Shown here one piece after another: positions 40,001 through 52,048 of a stretch of DNA of 64,000 bases; positions within the stretch are counted from its first letter, which is position 1, and the number at the start of each line of letters is the position of its first letter. Source of the stretch: Okamejei kenojei. Its lineage: Eukaryota. The DNA is taken from contig CM069135.1 of the NCBI GenBank assembly GCA_035221665.1, forward strand, positions 23,064,001 through 23,128,000. The letters run 5' to 3'. Below the pieces are notes generated by a model that did not search any database, was not told the origin of the DNA, and saw only the letters and a list, made by a program, of their open reading frames with translations. A program made the translations under genes and the position numbers.

Positions 40001-41956
40001 GAGCTTGTGTGCAGGATGGAAGAAACAGAGAACCAAGTGTCCACTGTTTCTGGAGCAAGGGGAGATGAGAGGGATGTGTCAGCCCCTGACTCGCAAATAT
40101 CATCTGCAGAATCTGAAATTCCCTTGTGCCAAGATAGGGTTGAAGGATTGCAAGTCATCGATGCTGGAGATCACAATCTTAGGAAGGCATTGCAAGAAAT
40201 AGAACAAATGTCTTTAGAAATGGAGGGAAAAGGCAGCTCAGTTGCACTGGAGAAAAATGGCATCCATTCAAAGGACACAATTAGTCAAGGTGAAGCTTTG
40301 GAACAGGTTGAAGCTCAAATGGTAGCTGGGGTGAATGATGAAACTGGTGCTAAAAAGGATGCAAATCTCTTCAGTTCAATGGAACAGAATACAGAAATAG
40401 AACATACCGATTTAAAGCCTGCCTCAAATGCAATGGCATTATCTGGTGATGCAAGGAGTGTTGTAAAAAAGATAGATCTCCTGCTTGGTTCTTTGAACCA
40501 AGTATTTAGTAGTCAAGAGGGTACACAAAAGGCTGGAGAAACTCAGCGGGTGCAGCAGCATCTAAGGAGCGAAGGAGATAGGAGTAGTCAAGAATTCACT
40601 GAATCAGATGGCTTGAAAGGTAACAAGTCCACAAGAGTAGCAGACTTACTTGCTGGTTTGAAGCCAGAGATGCTGAGTCCAGAAGTGCAGGATATGTTTT
40701 GTGTTTTATCTGAAGAACAAGATCCCTTAAAAACTCAGGAACTGATCACCAGGCTGAAAGATGAGCTTTCTCACCTTGTTCAACTCGAAGAGCCCGGTTT
40801 GATGGAAGACGAGTTCTTGGATAGGCAAATGAAAGAAGCACTTAATAAAAATATTCCAATGCTCTTCAGCACTGAGGTAGTTCTGCAAAATGTCTCGTGG
40901 CAAACAGTCGAAGAGGGAAAGGATAATGTGAATCAAAAAAATCAAATGAAAGCAAACCGAGGAAGTGCAACTGATGATTCAATAATGCCTTCTGCTTGCA
41001 GTGCTGGTGACTTGGAATCTAAAGAAGGAAGCGCAAAGGCTGGCATTTTTGACAATGCACTGAATGACAGTTGCTTTAATGAAACTATACTACTGAAACA
41101 AGCTGGACAAGGGGATGATTGTGCAATACTGTCTGGCAATATTTTAGATGAAATAGAGTTCTTGGAAGATGCACTGGATAAAGCTGCCTTGGAGGATACA
41201 GCAGACACAATGTGGATTAGTAGAAATAGGTTTGGCGGTGATTTGAAGGAAGGATACCAATTTATGCAGTCTGAACGAAATAGAAGTGGGGATGCAGATG
41301 AGATGAGACAATCTGACTCTTTTAATAAAATGAACCTGCAGGGCAGTAATCAGGAAAACATCTGCAAACTACCACCAGATGGGGTTTGTCTCAGGGACCC
41401 TGAGGATTGCAATGTAAAGGAATGTACGCCGGATGGGCGAAACATCGAAGAAGGCAAAGATGTAGGTTTTCTGATGCAACCTCCTTCATTTAACGGCAAA
41501 GCCAGACTGCACGATGAAGTACAAGAGGAAGACACGATTGACAATGCATCAAGCGATGCCTGCGATGCACACGCAGTGAATGAGAGGGAAGGAAAATCAA
41601 ACAGCCAAAACAATCACAAAGGTACCAGCAAATGTTCATTTGCATTGTTGCATGGTCACCCCAGTGTAGCAGAGCAGCCAGAAGCCACACGGGAGCACGC
41701 ACTCAAAGAGGAGTCTCCAAATTGTTTTTGGATTAATGCGAATAAAGATGAGAAGAAGGAAGTAGAGCAAGCCATTGCAAGCGGACAAAATACGGACAGA
41801 TCCGTGTATGAGGATTTGGTGGCGTGGTCTGATGGAGGACCCAGTGAAACAGAAGGACTGACAACCTGTGGGGAGAAGAGCAGCATTAAAGTTGGACCAC
41901 ATGAAGTCTGCCATGGGCCTGCTGAGAACCACCAGACTGCTGAAGGAGATGGACAG
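34079..41956 (+). CDS. DST: Giant b-isoform exon (7878 nt, 2626 codons): plectin-repeat cluster 1, acidic linker, plectin-repeat cluster 2, acidic low-complexity region
   Basis: ttttcag|ACC acceptor, CAG|gtcagt donor; ORF 33998..41986 is uninterrupted. Repeated LEAQ..GG(I/L)(I/V)DP motifs occur at about 34079-35250 and 37900-39120. Confidence 0.9.
36701..37028 (+). repeat. In-frame tandem duplication within the giant exon
   Basis: SAF..DVMF..VEN.IVLQK.MEE....TTDRGSMKEMRDAGEQNRIVTSET occurs twice. Confidence 0.95.
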
Positions 41957-42014
41957 GTCAGTAATTCTCTAGACTATTGCATCTAATTCTCCAGACTATT
42001 GCATCTATGCTTTA

Positions 42015-42310
42015 CTTTAGACTTTAGAGATACTGAGTGGAAACGGGCCCTTCAGCCCGCTGACCAGCGACTACCCCTTACACTAGCACTACCCTACACC
42101 CTTGGGACAATTTACAATTTACCAATTAAGCCAATGAAACTACAAACCTGCACGTCTTTGGAGTGTGGGAGGAAAGCGGAGCACCCAGAGAAAACCCACA
42201 TGGTCACAGGGAGAACGTACAAACTCCACACAGACAGCACCCATAGTCAGTATCGAACCCGTGTCTGGCGCTGTAAGGCAGCAACTCTACCGCTGCACCA
42301 CTTTGCCACA
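42015..42310 (-). mobile_element. HE1-type SINE just downstream of the giant-exon donor
   Basis: Reverse complement of the family consensus. Confidence 0.78.
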
Positions 42311-43185
42311 CTCAATTCAGTTAAGGAAGCTAAAAAACCAAGAACAAATTGTATCATAATATTTTCTACATTTTAATTAATATTCTCCCTTATCTAACAA
42401 TGGCTATGATGATTAGGCAATATAACAGAAAACTACACTTTAACCCCCCCCCCCCCCCCCCCCCATAGATTTTACCACTCATCTACACACCAGTAGATTG
42501 CAAGGGTCAATTAACTTGCCAACCCACATATCTTTGCAATGTGAGAAGCATTCGGAACATGTGGAGGAAACCCATGCAGTTGCAGGGAGAAATGACCAGG
42601 TCTGTCCAGACATCACGAGAGAGATCAGGATTGATTCTGGGTTGATGGAGCTGTGAGACAACAACTTTAATAGATACAGCACCCAAGTGCCTATGCCCCA
42701 ACTAAGGAAAGCATGTATTTATTCAATTATTTCATCCTCACCCTTGGAACACTATTGTAACAAGGAACTGCAGATGCTGGTTTGCAAAAGGAGACACAAA
42801 GGGCTGGAGTAACTCAGTGGCTCAGGCAGCATCTCCTTGCTGGTGGGGGGGGTGGACAGAGGTGACAAAAGAAGTCCGTATTATCTAGACATGCTGCCTG
42901 GCTCATTAATTAATCTAGCACTTTGTGGCCTTTTATGAATGGAAATTGTAATCTGGAATAATGGTAAAATATATTAAGTTGCAACCTTTCATGTATTATA
43001 TTAGCACTTTTCGATAAGATATTATTTGTTAACGTTTCCCGATATCTGGAACAAAAGACAACACAACACGAGAGTTCACTGTGCTAGAATTTCCCGGAGT
43101 CAGGTTTGTCACAGAAACACATGTTTCTGCCGCTGCAGATATCGAGGCTAAAATTACAATTGTGTTAATTGTGCTTACATTGCAG

Positions 43186-43335
43186 CCACGTGACATTGCA
43201 CGGCAGTGTTGGCAGCACAGAGAGAAACTTCAAGCTCATTTGACATTGCTCCAAGAAAGGAAAGTTCAACTGGAGAGTCAGCAGACTGTTGACAAGAACC
43301 TGGAAACCCTTCAAGAAGAACTGTGTTATCTGAAA
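43186..43335 (+). CDS. DST: b-isoform spectrin-like exon (PRDIARQCWQHREKLQAHLTLLQ...LCYLK)
   Basis: ttgcag|CCA acceptor, AAA|gtaagt donor; 150 nt. Confidence 0.85.
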
Positions 43336-43971
43336 GTAAGTCATCTATTTTCACATTCATCGTGAATCTTGAATTCAGAGCACGATCGCTGAAATTTTGA
43401 AGTGAAGAATTATGACTGCAAAGTATTGTGACCCTTCTAAGGATCCGCAGGCTTGTTTCTCTGCAGTAGAGATTTACCAATGTGGTACTGGTGACAGGAA
43501 AAGCCTTAGCAGCTCGTGAAGATGACTTTAAGCCCTGCTGTTAAATCTCATGGGTTAATAAAAATCTGATACAGTGGCAGAGGCCTGAGGGCCTGAAATT
43601 AGGATCGAGTAGAAATAGGGAAGATTCTTATTCAGCAAGTTAGAAACTGGACGGTATCATCTGGAAAGGAACTGAAAGGAGCAGGTGGAGAGAGGGACTC
43701 AATGCATAGACTTTCTTCAGAGCTGGTGCAGACACAATGGACTGAGTATGAGTCAAGGGCAAACTCGGCAGAGGTCGTGCATTAGGTCGTGAAAGTGGGA
43801 CAGACCTTTTAAGGGACAAGAGTGTTTAATTGTCACATGTACTGACCACACAACAATGCTCGTTTTACTTGCAGCAGCTTGACCGGTCCCATAAATGCAA
43901 ATATACACAGATAATATATAATCATTTTTTAAAATTCAATAATTGCAAATTGACGGCGAACCTTTCCCCAG

Positions 43972-44178
43972 TTACTAAAGAGCGAACTGGAGGAGCCAGT
44001 CACACGCAGCCTGAGAGCAGTGGAGGAACTTCTGGAGAAATGTCACGTGAATGCCGATGAAGCATTCCTGAGGAGCTTGGAAACCGACCGTAAAGATTTA
44101 CAGGCAACTCTGGGGGATATGATGGACGTTTGCTCGCGCAGGACTGAAGCCCTGGTGGGTGCCATTGAAGCAGAGCAG
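43972..44178 (+). CDS. DST: b-isoform exon (LLKSELEEPVTRSLRAVEELLEK...AIEAEQ)
   Basis: ttccccag|TTA acceptor, CAG|gtaggt donor; 207 nt. Confidence 0.82.
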
Positions 44179-44533
44179 GTAGGTTGCACATATTTTAGGA
44201 ATAAATAATGTTCAACCCATGAAATTAGACATTTGTATCGTTGGAGTACTTATTATGATGCAGAAGGCCAATCAGCCCATCACAGCAGGGGCAATCCTGT
44301 TGTTCTCTGTCCATTGTGGTCCAATCGCCTCATTTCTTCTCACATGTAAACAGCATCTCTTTGGGGGTTTTTTTGTTGGCCATTTAACAATGTACAGCAG
44401 TAATTTACAGCCAGCAATTAACCTACCAGCATATCTGAGGGATGTGGAAGGAAACCAGTGGAAAACCAAATGATCATGGAGACAGTGAGCAAACTACTAC
44501 ACAAGGTCAGGATCAAACCCCAGTCATTGGAGC

Positions 44534-44741
44534 AAAACGTAAGGTGCTGGAGTAACTCGGCAGGTCAGGCAGTAGCTGTGGAGGGAATGAATAGGCGGGC
44601 CGAGACCCTTCTTCACACTGATTGAAGTAGGGGAGGGGATATCTGCCTATCATTTTGCTCCACAGATGCTGCCTGACTCGCTGAGTTACTTCAGCACTTT
44701 GTGTTTTGCTCCAGATTCCACCATCTGCAGTTCCTTGTGTT
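44534..44741. mobile_element. Penelope inverted pLTR pair inserted in a minus-strand SINE, about 15-bp TSD
   Basis: cccagtca(t/a)tggagc at 44519-44533 and 44742-44756. Confidence 0.65.
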
Positions 44742-44877
44742 CCCAGTCAATGGAGCTGCGAGGCAGCGTCACTACCTGCTGCACCACCCCGCTGTCCTCC
44801 TGCAGTACGGCCTGATTTAAGACTGGCATTTGTGTTCATTATATTAAGCTGTGTGCAACATCTGGACAGCCGCATAA

Positions 44878-45082
44878 AGACATAAAATGCTGGAGTAACT
44901 CAGTGGATCAGGCAGCATGTCTGGTAAAAATGAATAGGTGACATTTTGGGTCGGAACCCATCTTCAGACTGAAAGTAGTGCACCTTTTATTTTTCTCCAG
45001 CAATGCTGTCTGACCCGCTGAGTTACTCCAGCATTTAGTGTCTATATTCAGCATAAACCAGCATCTACAGTTCCTTCCTACA
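44878..45082. mobile_element. Penelope-like inverted pLTR pair
   Basis: aaatgctggagtaactcag is inverted relative to ctgagttactccagcattt. Confidence 0.65.
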
Positions 45083-45634
45083 CATGTAAAGTAAAAAACT
45101 GTAATTCTATCTCTTCCAAAGCCTGCGACTCTCTTGTGCGCTGGAGAAGCTGATGGAGGTTTGTTTGTGTGGAGGGATGTGGAGGTGAAATAGGTGAATG
45201 AATTTCAGGTCCATTCAGCCATGATCCAAACTGAACTGAGGAGCTTCGTTGAGGGACTTCATAGACTACTGCTTCTGCCACCGTTCCTCTGCCTTGAAAA
45301 TAATGGCCTGCTTTGTATTCAGAATCCCTTGTTCAACTTTGCCAGTCGTAGAGAAGTAGTTGGTGAATTGTACTCATGAACAGCAGCTGTGTGTTAGTGA
45401 ATATATTCAATTCTCTCTCTTCCATCAAACTATTATTTGTTTCTATCCACGGTAAATAGAGCATGAAGGATGTAGCAGCTTGTTTTAAAATGCACTCACT
45501 TAATGTTTTTTTTTTTCATTTTAGCTGGTTATCTTTTTTTTTTTGCCCTTATCAATTGCAGGCTCTTTCTGCAGCTTCATTGTATAACTCTTGACAGAAA
45601 ATGATTCAGATTTCTGTACTTCCTTTCATCATAG

Positions 45635-45784
45635 CTGAAGGTCAGAGCATCATATCAGGAACTCCTGGCCACGCTGGAACGGCTGTCCCGTCAAATCGGA
45701 GAAAATGCGGTCACCCTGGAGGCCCTGCAGGCTGAGACTGCCCGTGACGTGCAAGCTCTCCAACAGCACATACAGCAACACAAG
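45635..45784 (+). CDS. DST: b-isoform exon (LKVRASYQELLATLERLSRQIGENAVTLEALQAETARDVQALQQHIQQHK) with GC donor
   Basis: tcatcatag|CTG acceptor, AAG|gcaagt donor; 150 nt, phase 0; helical spectrin-like sequence. Confidence 0.75.
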
Positions 45785-45839
45785 GCAAGTGCTGCTGCGG
45801 CTCCAGAAAATGCCTGCATCCGTGCAAACGATTCATCAG

Positions 45840-46385
45840 GTTAATGCTAATTGAAACTAAGCAGGTCGACAGTGAAACTAGTACGACGACTAGGATGGGG
45901 GAGGGACGGAGAGAGAGCAAATGCAAAGGTTACATAAAATTAAAGAAATCAAGATTTGTATTGCTAGGTTGTAAGCTGCCCAAGCAAAATATAAGGTGCT
46001 GTTCCTACAATTTGCGTGAGTTTAGTTCATTACATTTTTTTACATCATTAATTTTTACAATCTAACATCCTGCATAGTTTCTGTGTTTGTTCCCCTTCCT
46101 TATCGCCTCTTCCACAGCCAACAATGGACCATTGTGGGCTCCACCTTTCCTTGATCATCCATGGTGGCCTTGGTTTGTTCTTTTCAAATCTTTCATTCTT
46201 TTGTTCTTTGCACCTTTTCATACCTCTAGTTTCTCTCTCCCCTGACTCGCAGTCCCGAGAGGGGTCTCAACCCCTTAACCTCACCTACTCCTTTCCTCCA
46301 GAGATGCTGCCTGACCCGCTGAGTTACTCCAGCATTCTGTGTCTATCTTTAGTGTCAACCAGCGTCTGCAGTTCCTTCCTACACA
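45840..46385. mobile_element. Penelope-like element 3' fragments with a decayed GIY-YIG endonuclease C-terminus
   Basis: Minus strand 46016-45930 translates RKL*EQHLIFCLGSLQPSNTNLDFFNFM*, like the E..I..LG.L.P.G.N end of PLE endonucleases. A + strand pLTR follows to about 46385. Confidence 0.65.
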
Positions 46386-46789
46386 CTCTCTATATAGCTA
46401 ATGTGCTCTAACCCAGGCGGCATTCTGTTGAACCTCTTCTGCACCCTCTCGAAAAGCCACTGCATCATTCCTATAATGAGACCATCAGAACTGCTCACAA
46501 TCCACCAAATGAGGCCGAGCCAAAGTTTTATAAAGCTGCAATATGACTCAAGAATGGCCTGACCAATGAAGGCAAGTTTAGTTCAATGCCAAGTCATGCA
46601 GAGAGAAAGCAAAATAAAAACAGCATATCAAAAAAGTCAATGAGATACGTAGTTTTAAAATGATACTATTTTCATCAATGATTAAACTTTGAAAAAATAA
46701 AAACCCATCCCTTGAAATGAACATTTTTAGTACCTGAGAGATTGTTTAACCTAATTATTAGTGTTAACATTTCACTATCTGAATGAACA

Positions 46790-47232
46790 AGTTGCCAGGA
46801 GTAGAGGGTGTGAGCTGTAGGCAGAGGCTGAGTAGGCTGGCACTCTATTCCTTGGAGCACAGGAGGATGAGGGGTGATCTTATAGAGGTGTATAAGATCA
46901 TGAGAGAAATGGATCGGGTAGATGCACAGAATCTCTTTCCCAGAGTAGGGGAATCGAGGTCCAGAGGTTGAAGGTGAAGGGGAAAAGATTTAATGGGAAC
47001 CCGAGGGGTAACTTTTTCACACAAAGGGTATGGAAGAAACTGCCAGAGGAGTTTGAGTAGTTGAGGCATGGACTATCACAACATTTAAGAAACAGTTAGA
47101 CAGGTATATGGCTAGGACAGGTTTGGAGGGATATGGAACAAATGCTGGCAGGCGGGACTAGTGTAGCTCGGATGTGTTGGCCAGTGTGGGCAAGTTGGGC
47201 CGAAGGGCCTGTTTCCACACTGTATCACTCTT
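46790..47232 (+). mobile_element. CR1 LINE 3' fragment
   Basis: LYSLEHRRMRGDLIEVYKIM. Confidence 0.82.
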
Positions 47233-47457
47233 TGACACTATAAGTCTTAACATTTAATAGTTCATTGAGTAGGGCGTGATGTCCATTGGTGATGCACCTG
47301 CTAATGAGGCAGGATATTTCTACCTGCAAATTTCCAATTTTCCCATTAACTTGTCTGCAAGCAGACTGGACATAACAGTCAATTTTACCTTTTAATAAAG
47401 GTGACATTTCTTGTTTTTTCATCAGGTAGGTTTTGGCTGATGAATGTTATATCTTTA

Positions 47458-48474
47458 CTAGACGAAGTGGGGCCCATTGGGTCCCTGTCACACAGGAGGC
47501 TTGGTTCCCCAACGCAATATTCTACCACTCACCCATAGCCCCCAACTGCACAGGTGCAGCTCATTTCCCCTCACCCCTAGCACTCTCTCCCACTTCTCTG
47601 CACCCTCCCCACTTCTTCCCCCTCTCCTCCTCTCCTCTCCAATCCATCCCTCACCTCTATCTCCTTCTCCTTTCCCCTACTCTCAGTCGCACCCTCCCTC
47701 CACAACTCCTCTCCCCTCCCTTCCCCCCTCCTATCCCTCAATCCCCCACCTCCTCCACTCCTCGCCTCCCCCTATCCCCCTCACTATCCCTCCTCACCTC
47801 CACCACTGCTCTCCTCTCCCTCCATTCCCCACTCCCTACCTCCCCCGCTCCTCCCCCTTCTACTCCCCCTCCTCTCCCTCTATCCCCCCTCCTCCCCCAC
47901 TCTCCCTCCTCACCTCCTTCCTCTTCTTTTACCTCACCTCCTACCCTCCCCCAATCCCTCCCTCATCTCTCCTTTCCCCTACCCTCAGTCACTCCCGCCC
48001 TCCATAACTCCTCTCCCCTCCCTACTCCCCTCCTCTCCCTCCACCCCCTCTCCTCTCCCACCCTCCCTCCCTCCCTCCCCAGGATCTCAAGGTTGCCGCT
48101 CCTCTCCCTTCTCGCGTGCCGCGGAGGAGCATCAGCCGTCTGCGCCCTCAGAGGCAGATCCAAGCCAGCGTGTGGACAGGTTGGGGGTGTGTGGGGGGGT
48201 GGGAGTGGAGAGAGCTTGGAGAAAAGACGGGGGAAGAGCCATGGGGAGGGGGGGTATCACGGGGGAGGGGGGGCAGGAGCTGGTGAGGGGTTTAAACCTC
48301 ACTGACCTTTACAATATACCACTGATTGGAACAAAACTTGTTGCACTCGCAGCACAGGAAAACGGTGAGTGAGCTGGCGAAGGTTTGTAGCGCTATCGCA
48401 CACCGTTTTTTACGCAAATAGAAAAAATGTGCAAATCAGAAGAGCTCAAGATCAGAGTTTTAGTTATGTATAGA
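47458..48474 (-). mobile_element. Non-autonomous Helitron
   Basis: Minus strand starts A|TC and ends CTAG|T. A GC-rich hairpin (47469-47485) lies 7 nt from CTAG, there is no TSD, and the element has an internal C/T-rich tract. Confidence 0.7.
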
Positions 48475-48524
48475 TGCTTTCTGGACTTTCTGTGATCGTT
48501 GGTGCCTTTTCCTTCTTTCGGTAG

Positions 48525-48758
48525 GATTTAGAAGAAGCCTTCATTGATATAAAAACTCAGCTGGAAGGCACTGCATTTGACATCCAGTTCTTTATTTCGG
48601 AACACGCTTTGGATCTGGCTCCCGAGGAGAACAGGAGTCTGCTCAAGCTTTTGAATAAGACCCAGACATCATTTAGAAGTGCGATGGAAGTAATGTCAGC
48701 ACAGATGAGATCTTTGAATCTTAAATTACAAACCAGATTAGAGGAGGATGTCCAGAAG
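48525..48758 (+). CDS. DST: Last b-isoform exon (DLEEAFIDIKTQLEGTAFDIQFFISEHALDL...DVQK)
   Basis: tcggtag|GAT acceptor, AAG|gtttga donor; AFDIQFFISE motif. Confidence 0.9.
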
Positions 48759-50176
48759 GTTTGAGCAGTTTGATTATGGGACGTTGGCATGAATGCATCA
48801 GAAAATCTCTCTCGCATGCTTCTGTGAAGGTTTCCACACTATTCTTTTTCAAACAATACTTGAAGTCTCTCTACACTGAAGGTATGGGTGATCTGGAATC
48901 CATTGCCAGATACTTGTGAAGTGGTTGTTTTACTTCAAGCCACGTTGTTGCAAAAGCCCTAAGTGGCTTCTGCCATTAAACTCTGCACGTGGTAGCTTAA
49001 AATTGAATGTATCTCGTAGCAAAATAGCCCGTGGTATTTCAAAGGAAATTTACAAAAGTAATTTCAATAAAGTTATCAAATTTATGTTAAATACCCTCCT
49101 CCTGTGCTGTATCGCTGTTATAAGTAAAGGACAATATCCAGTTTCTCAGTTATAAACAGTATAACACACAGTGCAAATGTATGCAGATAACTGCTTAGTG
49201 AGTGAGAAGAAACCCGATTTAAGCATAGAATTCCTCCTCTCTCCTCTTCCCTACTCCCACATAACATACTATAAGACCAAAGCAAAGCAAATGGGAGTGC
49301 TTTGTATGTGCATTGAAAGAGCTGGCCTGCAGCTCAGAATGGGAACTCCAAGAACTGTTAACCATCACTTGCGTCCCTTTGTATTAAAAGATTTCTGAGC
49401 ATTGCAAATCAGTGGACCTCTGCCAGATTGACTCCATGCTTATGGGGCAATTCCCATGGGTTTCACTCTGAAATAAAAAATGTTGTAGTCTAAAGTCAAG
49501 CTCTGAAGATAGCAGCTCCCTATTCCTTGCATGGTAGTCAGACAGGGTGGTGGGAGGGGAGGGGAGGGTATGGGTGGATGGAGACGAGGCACTTCAGTGT
49601 AATCTTCTTGAACTTCAAGTTTTTGTAGCATGAATTATATTGCAAATGGAGTATTTCCTTAATCAAGTAAAGCAAGTAGTTATTTAAGCGGTGAAATATT
49701 ATTCAAGCATGCCACTGCATGGGGTTGTAATTATTTAACACACAATAAATGATTGAGCGATAGAACACTACTTGTGGTGGAAAGACCTTGCACAATGTGA
49801 CTAACACTGTTCTGCAGACCTTTTACAGATGGCTACTTGCCGCATTTATTCTCTCGCAAAATCTCTCAAGAGAAAGGAGCCTGGAGTCTAAGGGCATCTG
49901 AACAAATCAAATAAAAATGCAGCTGTAACCTTCCTCCTTGCATGAGTTCTGGGTATATACGGCATTGATTGAGCTAACACCTTTTGTGAGATTCATCTTT
50001 GTTTAATCTGGTTTACTGTTAACCATCTTGTTCACGTCGTTGCCACCTGTCGTCACGTTTGCAGCATACATTGGTGTGGGATACAAGTAGTGTGGGACCC
50101 GATCTTTCATGAAAATTCTGTGTCGCAAGGGAAGAAGAGTAAAATAAATAAAATATACGTTTTTGCTGGCAAACAG

Positions 50177-50329
50177 GCGTTGGAAGAGAAGCAAGAGGAA
50201 TGTAACAAGAGACTGCAGGAGATAAGTGATCGACTGATGGTGACGGAAAACAAAATAATCGGCTGTGACAGTGGGACAGTTTCCAGTGAAGGCTTGGCTA
50301 AGTTGCAACAGCAGCAGGCGGAACATCAG
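50177..50329 (+). CDS. DST: Spectrin-repeat exon where a and b isoforms rejoin (ALEEKQEECNKRLQEISDRLMVTENKIIG...AEHQ)
   Basis: aaacag|GCG acceptor, CAG|gttagt donor. Confidence 0.85.
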
Positions 50330-51585
50330 GTTAGTGGTGCGGTTTATTTTAATAAATTAGAGAGATGGATGACAAGGCCACTTGTTTCAGCGTTGTAACT
50401 TAAATCTCCCGTCCCTCCCTGTGTAACCATGGGCCAAGGTGGGCAGTGCAAGGGTGCACTGATTGATTGACCCCATTTGTAGTCAGGTGCCCAGGCATTA
50501 ATGGTCATGGTAATCCAGGTTCCATTCCTCATTGCTGAGATTAGGTTACACCTGGCGCTGCTGGGTACTGGGCCACAAAGATTTAATTCAGGCAGTCTGA
50601 AAGTGATTGAAGAGCTGACCCCTGATATTGAAAAGTTTGGAGAAGAGATTTGATATGCCAAGCCCCGTCAGTCTTAAATCTTAAAAACGTTTAGCATGTG
50701 TAAGTAATAAGCATCACCAGACATGAGTGGCCGTTCCTCAATGGATGGCCTTTGTAACAAACCTAAAATGCTTGTCACACTGATGGATAAAAATGTTCAG
50801 TCTCCATAGTAGACAAATCAATGAAGTCAGTGGCTTGGTCAGTAGATGGTTTGCTCAGATGGACAACTTTGATTCTACCATTCATCTACACATTAGGAAC
50901 CAATTGTACAATGGCCAATTGATCTACTCCTCTACTTATGTTGAGGAGGAAACGGGGGACCCAGAGGAAACCCACACAATGACGGGGAAAATGTGCAAAC
51001 ACCAGACAGACAGCACATATGAGGTTCTATCAGATGCACCACTGTGCACGATATTCAGTCATAAAAGGACTATTCTTTACAGCAACAAATGATCTGATGG
51101 AGGAACTCTGATTGTTTAGTACCCGTGGAGAGAGACGGACAGTCGGAACTGTTTTGGGTCGGCACTCTTCCTTGGAGTTTGAAGCGCTATTCTTTGGAGT
51201 TAGAGAAGTAACATGGAGGACATAGAAGTTCTTTCTTATCTCCTGCCAATAATTACCCTCAAACAATCATCCTTAGAAAACAAATCTAATCATTACTGCC
51301 TTCTAAGATCTCACTCCCTGGTGAACTAATTGCCATATTTTCATTAAATACTTCAAAGGCAGATTGTTAGTTGGAAACCCTTTAATATTCTCAACAGCTG
51401 TGAAAGCTTCCATTGGGAAAAAAAGTATTTTTGCACTGAATAGCAACGCCCAAACACAGAAAAGGGTATTGTGTGTTGAGATTTTATCAGTGTTTTATTT
51501 TTATTTTTTAGCCAAAATGTTTCTACCTAAATGAACTTAGCTGTTCCACATAGTCTGACCTGCATATTATGCCCATGTGTCTCAG

Positions 51586-51819
51586 GCCTTTCAAAAGGAA
51601 ATCCAGGCTAATGCAGTCACTTTAGCAAATGTGGTAAGTGCAATAGAAGAGCTTCTGGAGAAGAATGGGGACAAACTTCAACCAGAAGAGAAAGCAGCAA
51701 TGGAAAAAAAGCTGACAGAAGCCAAGCTGAAACTCAGTGCATTGAGTGAGAAGGTAGACACCGACATCAAGAACCTGGACAAAGCTATAACAACTGCTCT
51801 CAAACAGGAAACCGAGAAG
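51586..51819 (+). CDS. DST: Spectrin-repeat exon (AFQKEIQANAVTLANVV...TTALKQETEK)
   Basis: tctcag|GCC acceptor, AAG|gtgctg donor; ORF 51577..51894. Confidence 0.88.
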
Positions 51820-51900
51820 GTGCTGATTATATTTCTCTACAGCTTGGTTATGACTAAAATTGTTCCCTTTGCAATCTTAGATCATAGCATGTAGCATGTA

Positions 51901-52048
51901 GGCTGCAGCGAATCGTCAGATCATCAGAGAAGATTATTGGCTGCAACCTTCCCTCCATTGATGAACTGTACATTGCAAGGCCCGGGAAGCGAGTGGGCAA
52001 GATCATCTAGACCCCTCTCATCCTGGCCACAAACTCTTTGAATCACTT
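51901..52048 (+). mobile_element. Rex1/Babar-like LINE fragment
   Basis: Translates LQRIVRSSEKIIGCNLPSIDELY...KII / DPSHPGHKLF, typical of the Rex1 RT C-terminus. Confidence 0.65.

Noticed and set aside
41962-42007. About 22-bp tandem duplication just after the giant-exon donor; a similar 17-bp one at about 3574-3610
   Set aside because: Simple slippage duplications with no evident function.
47433-48305. 290-aa and 176-aa Pro/Ser/Leu-rich ORFs
   Set aside because: Artefacts of the C/T-rich tract inside the Helitron, which is depleted of stop codons.
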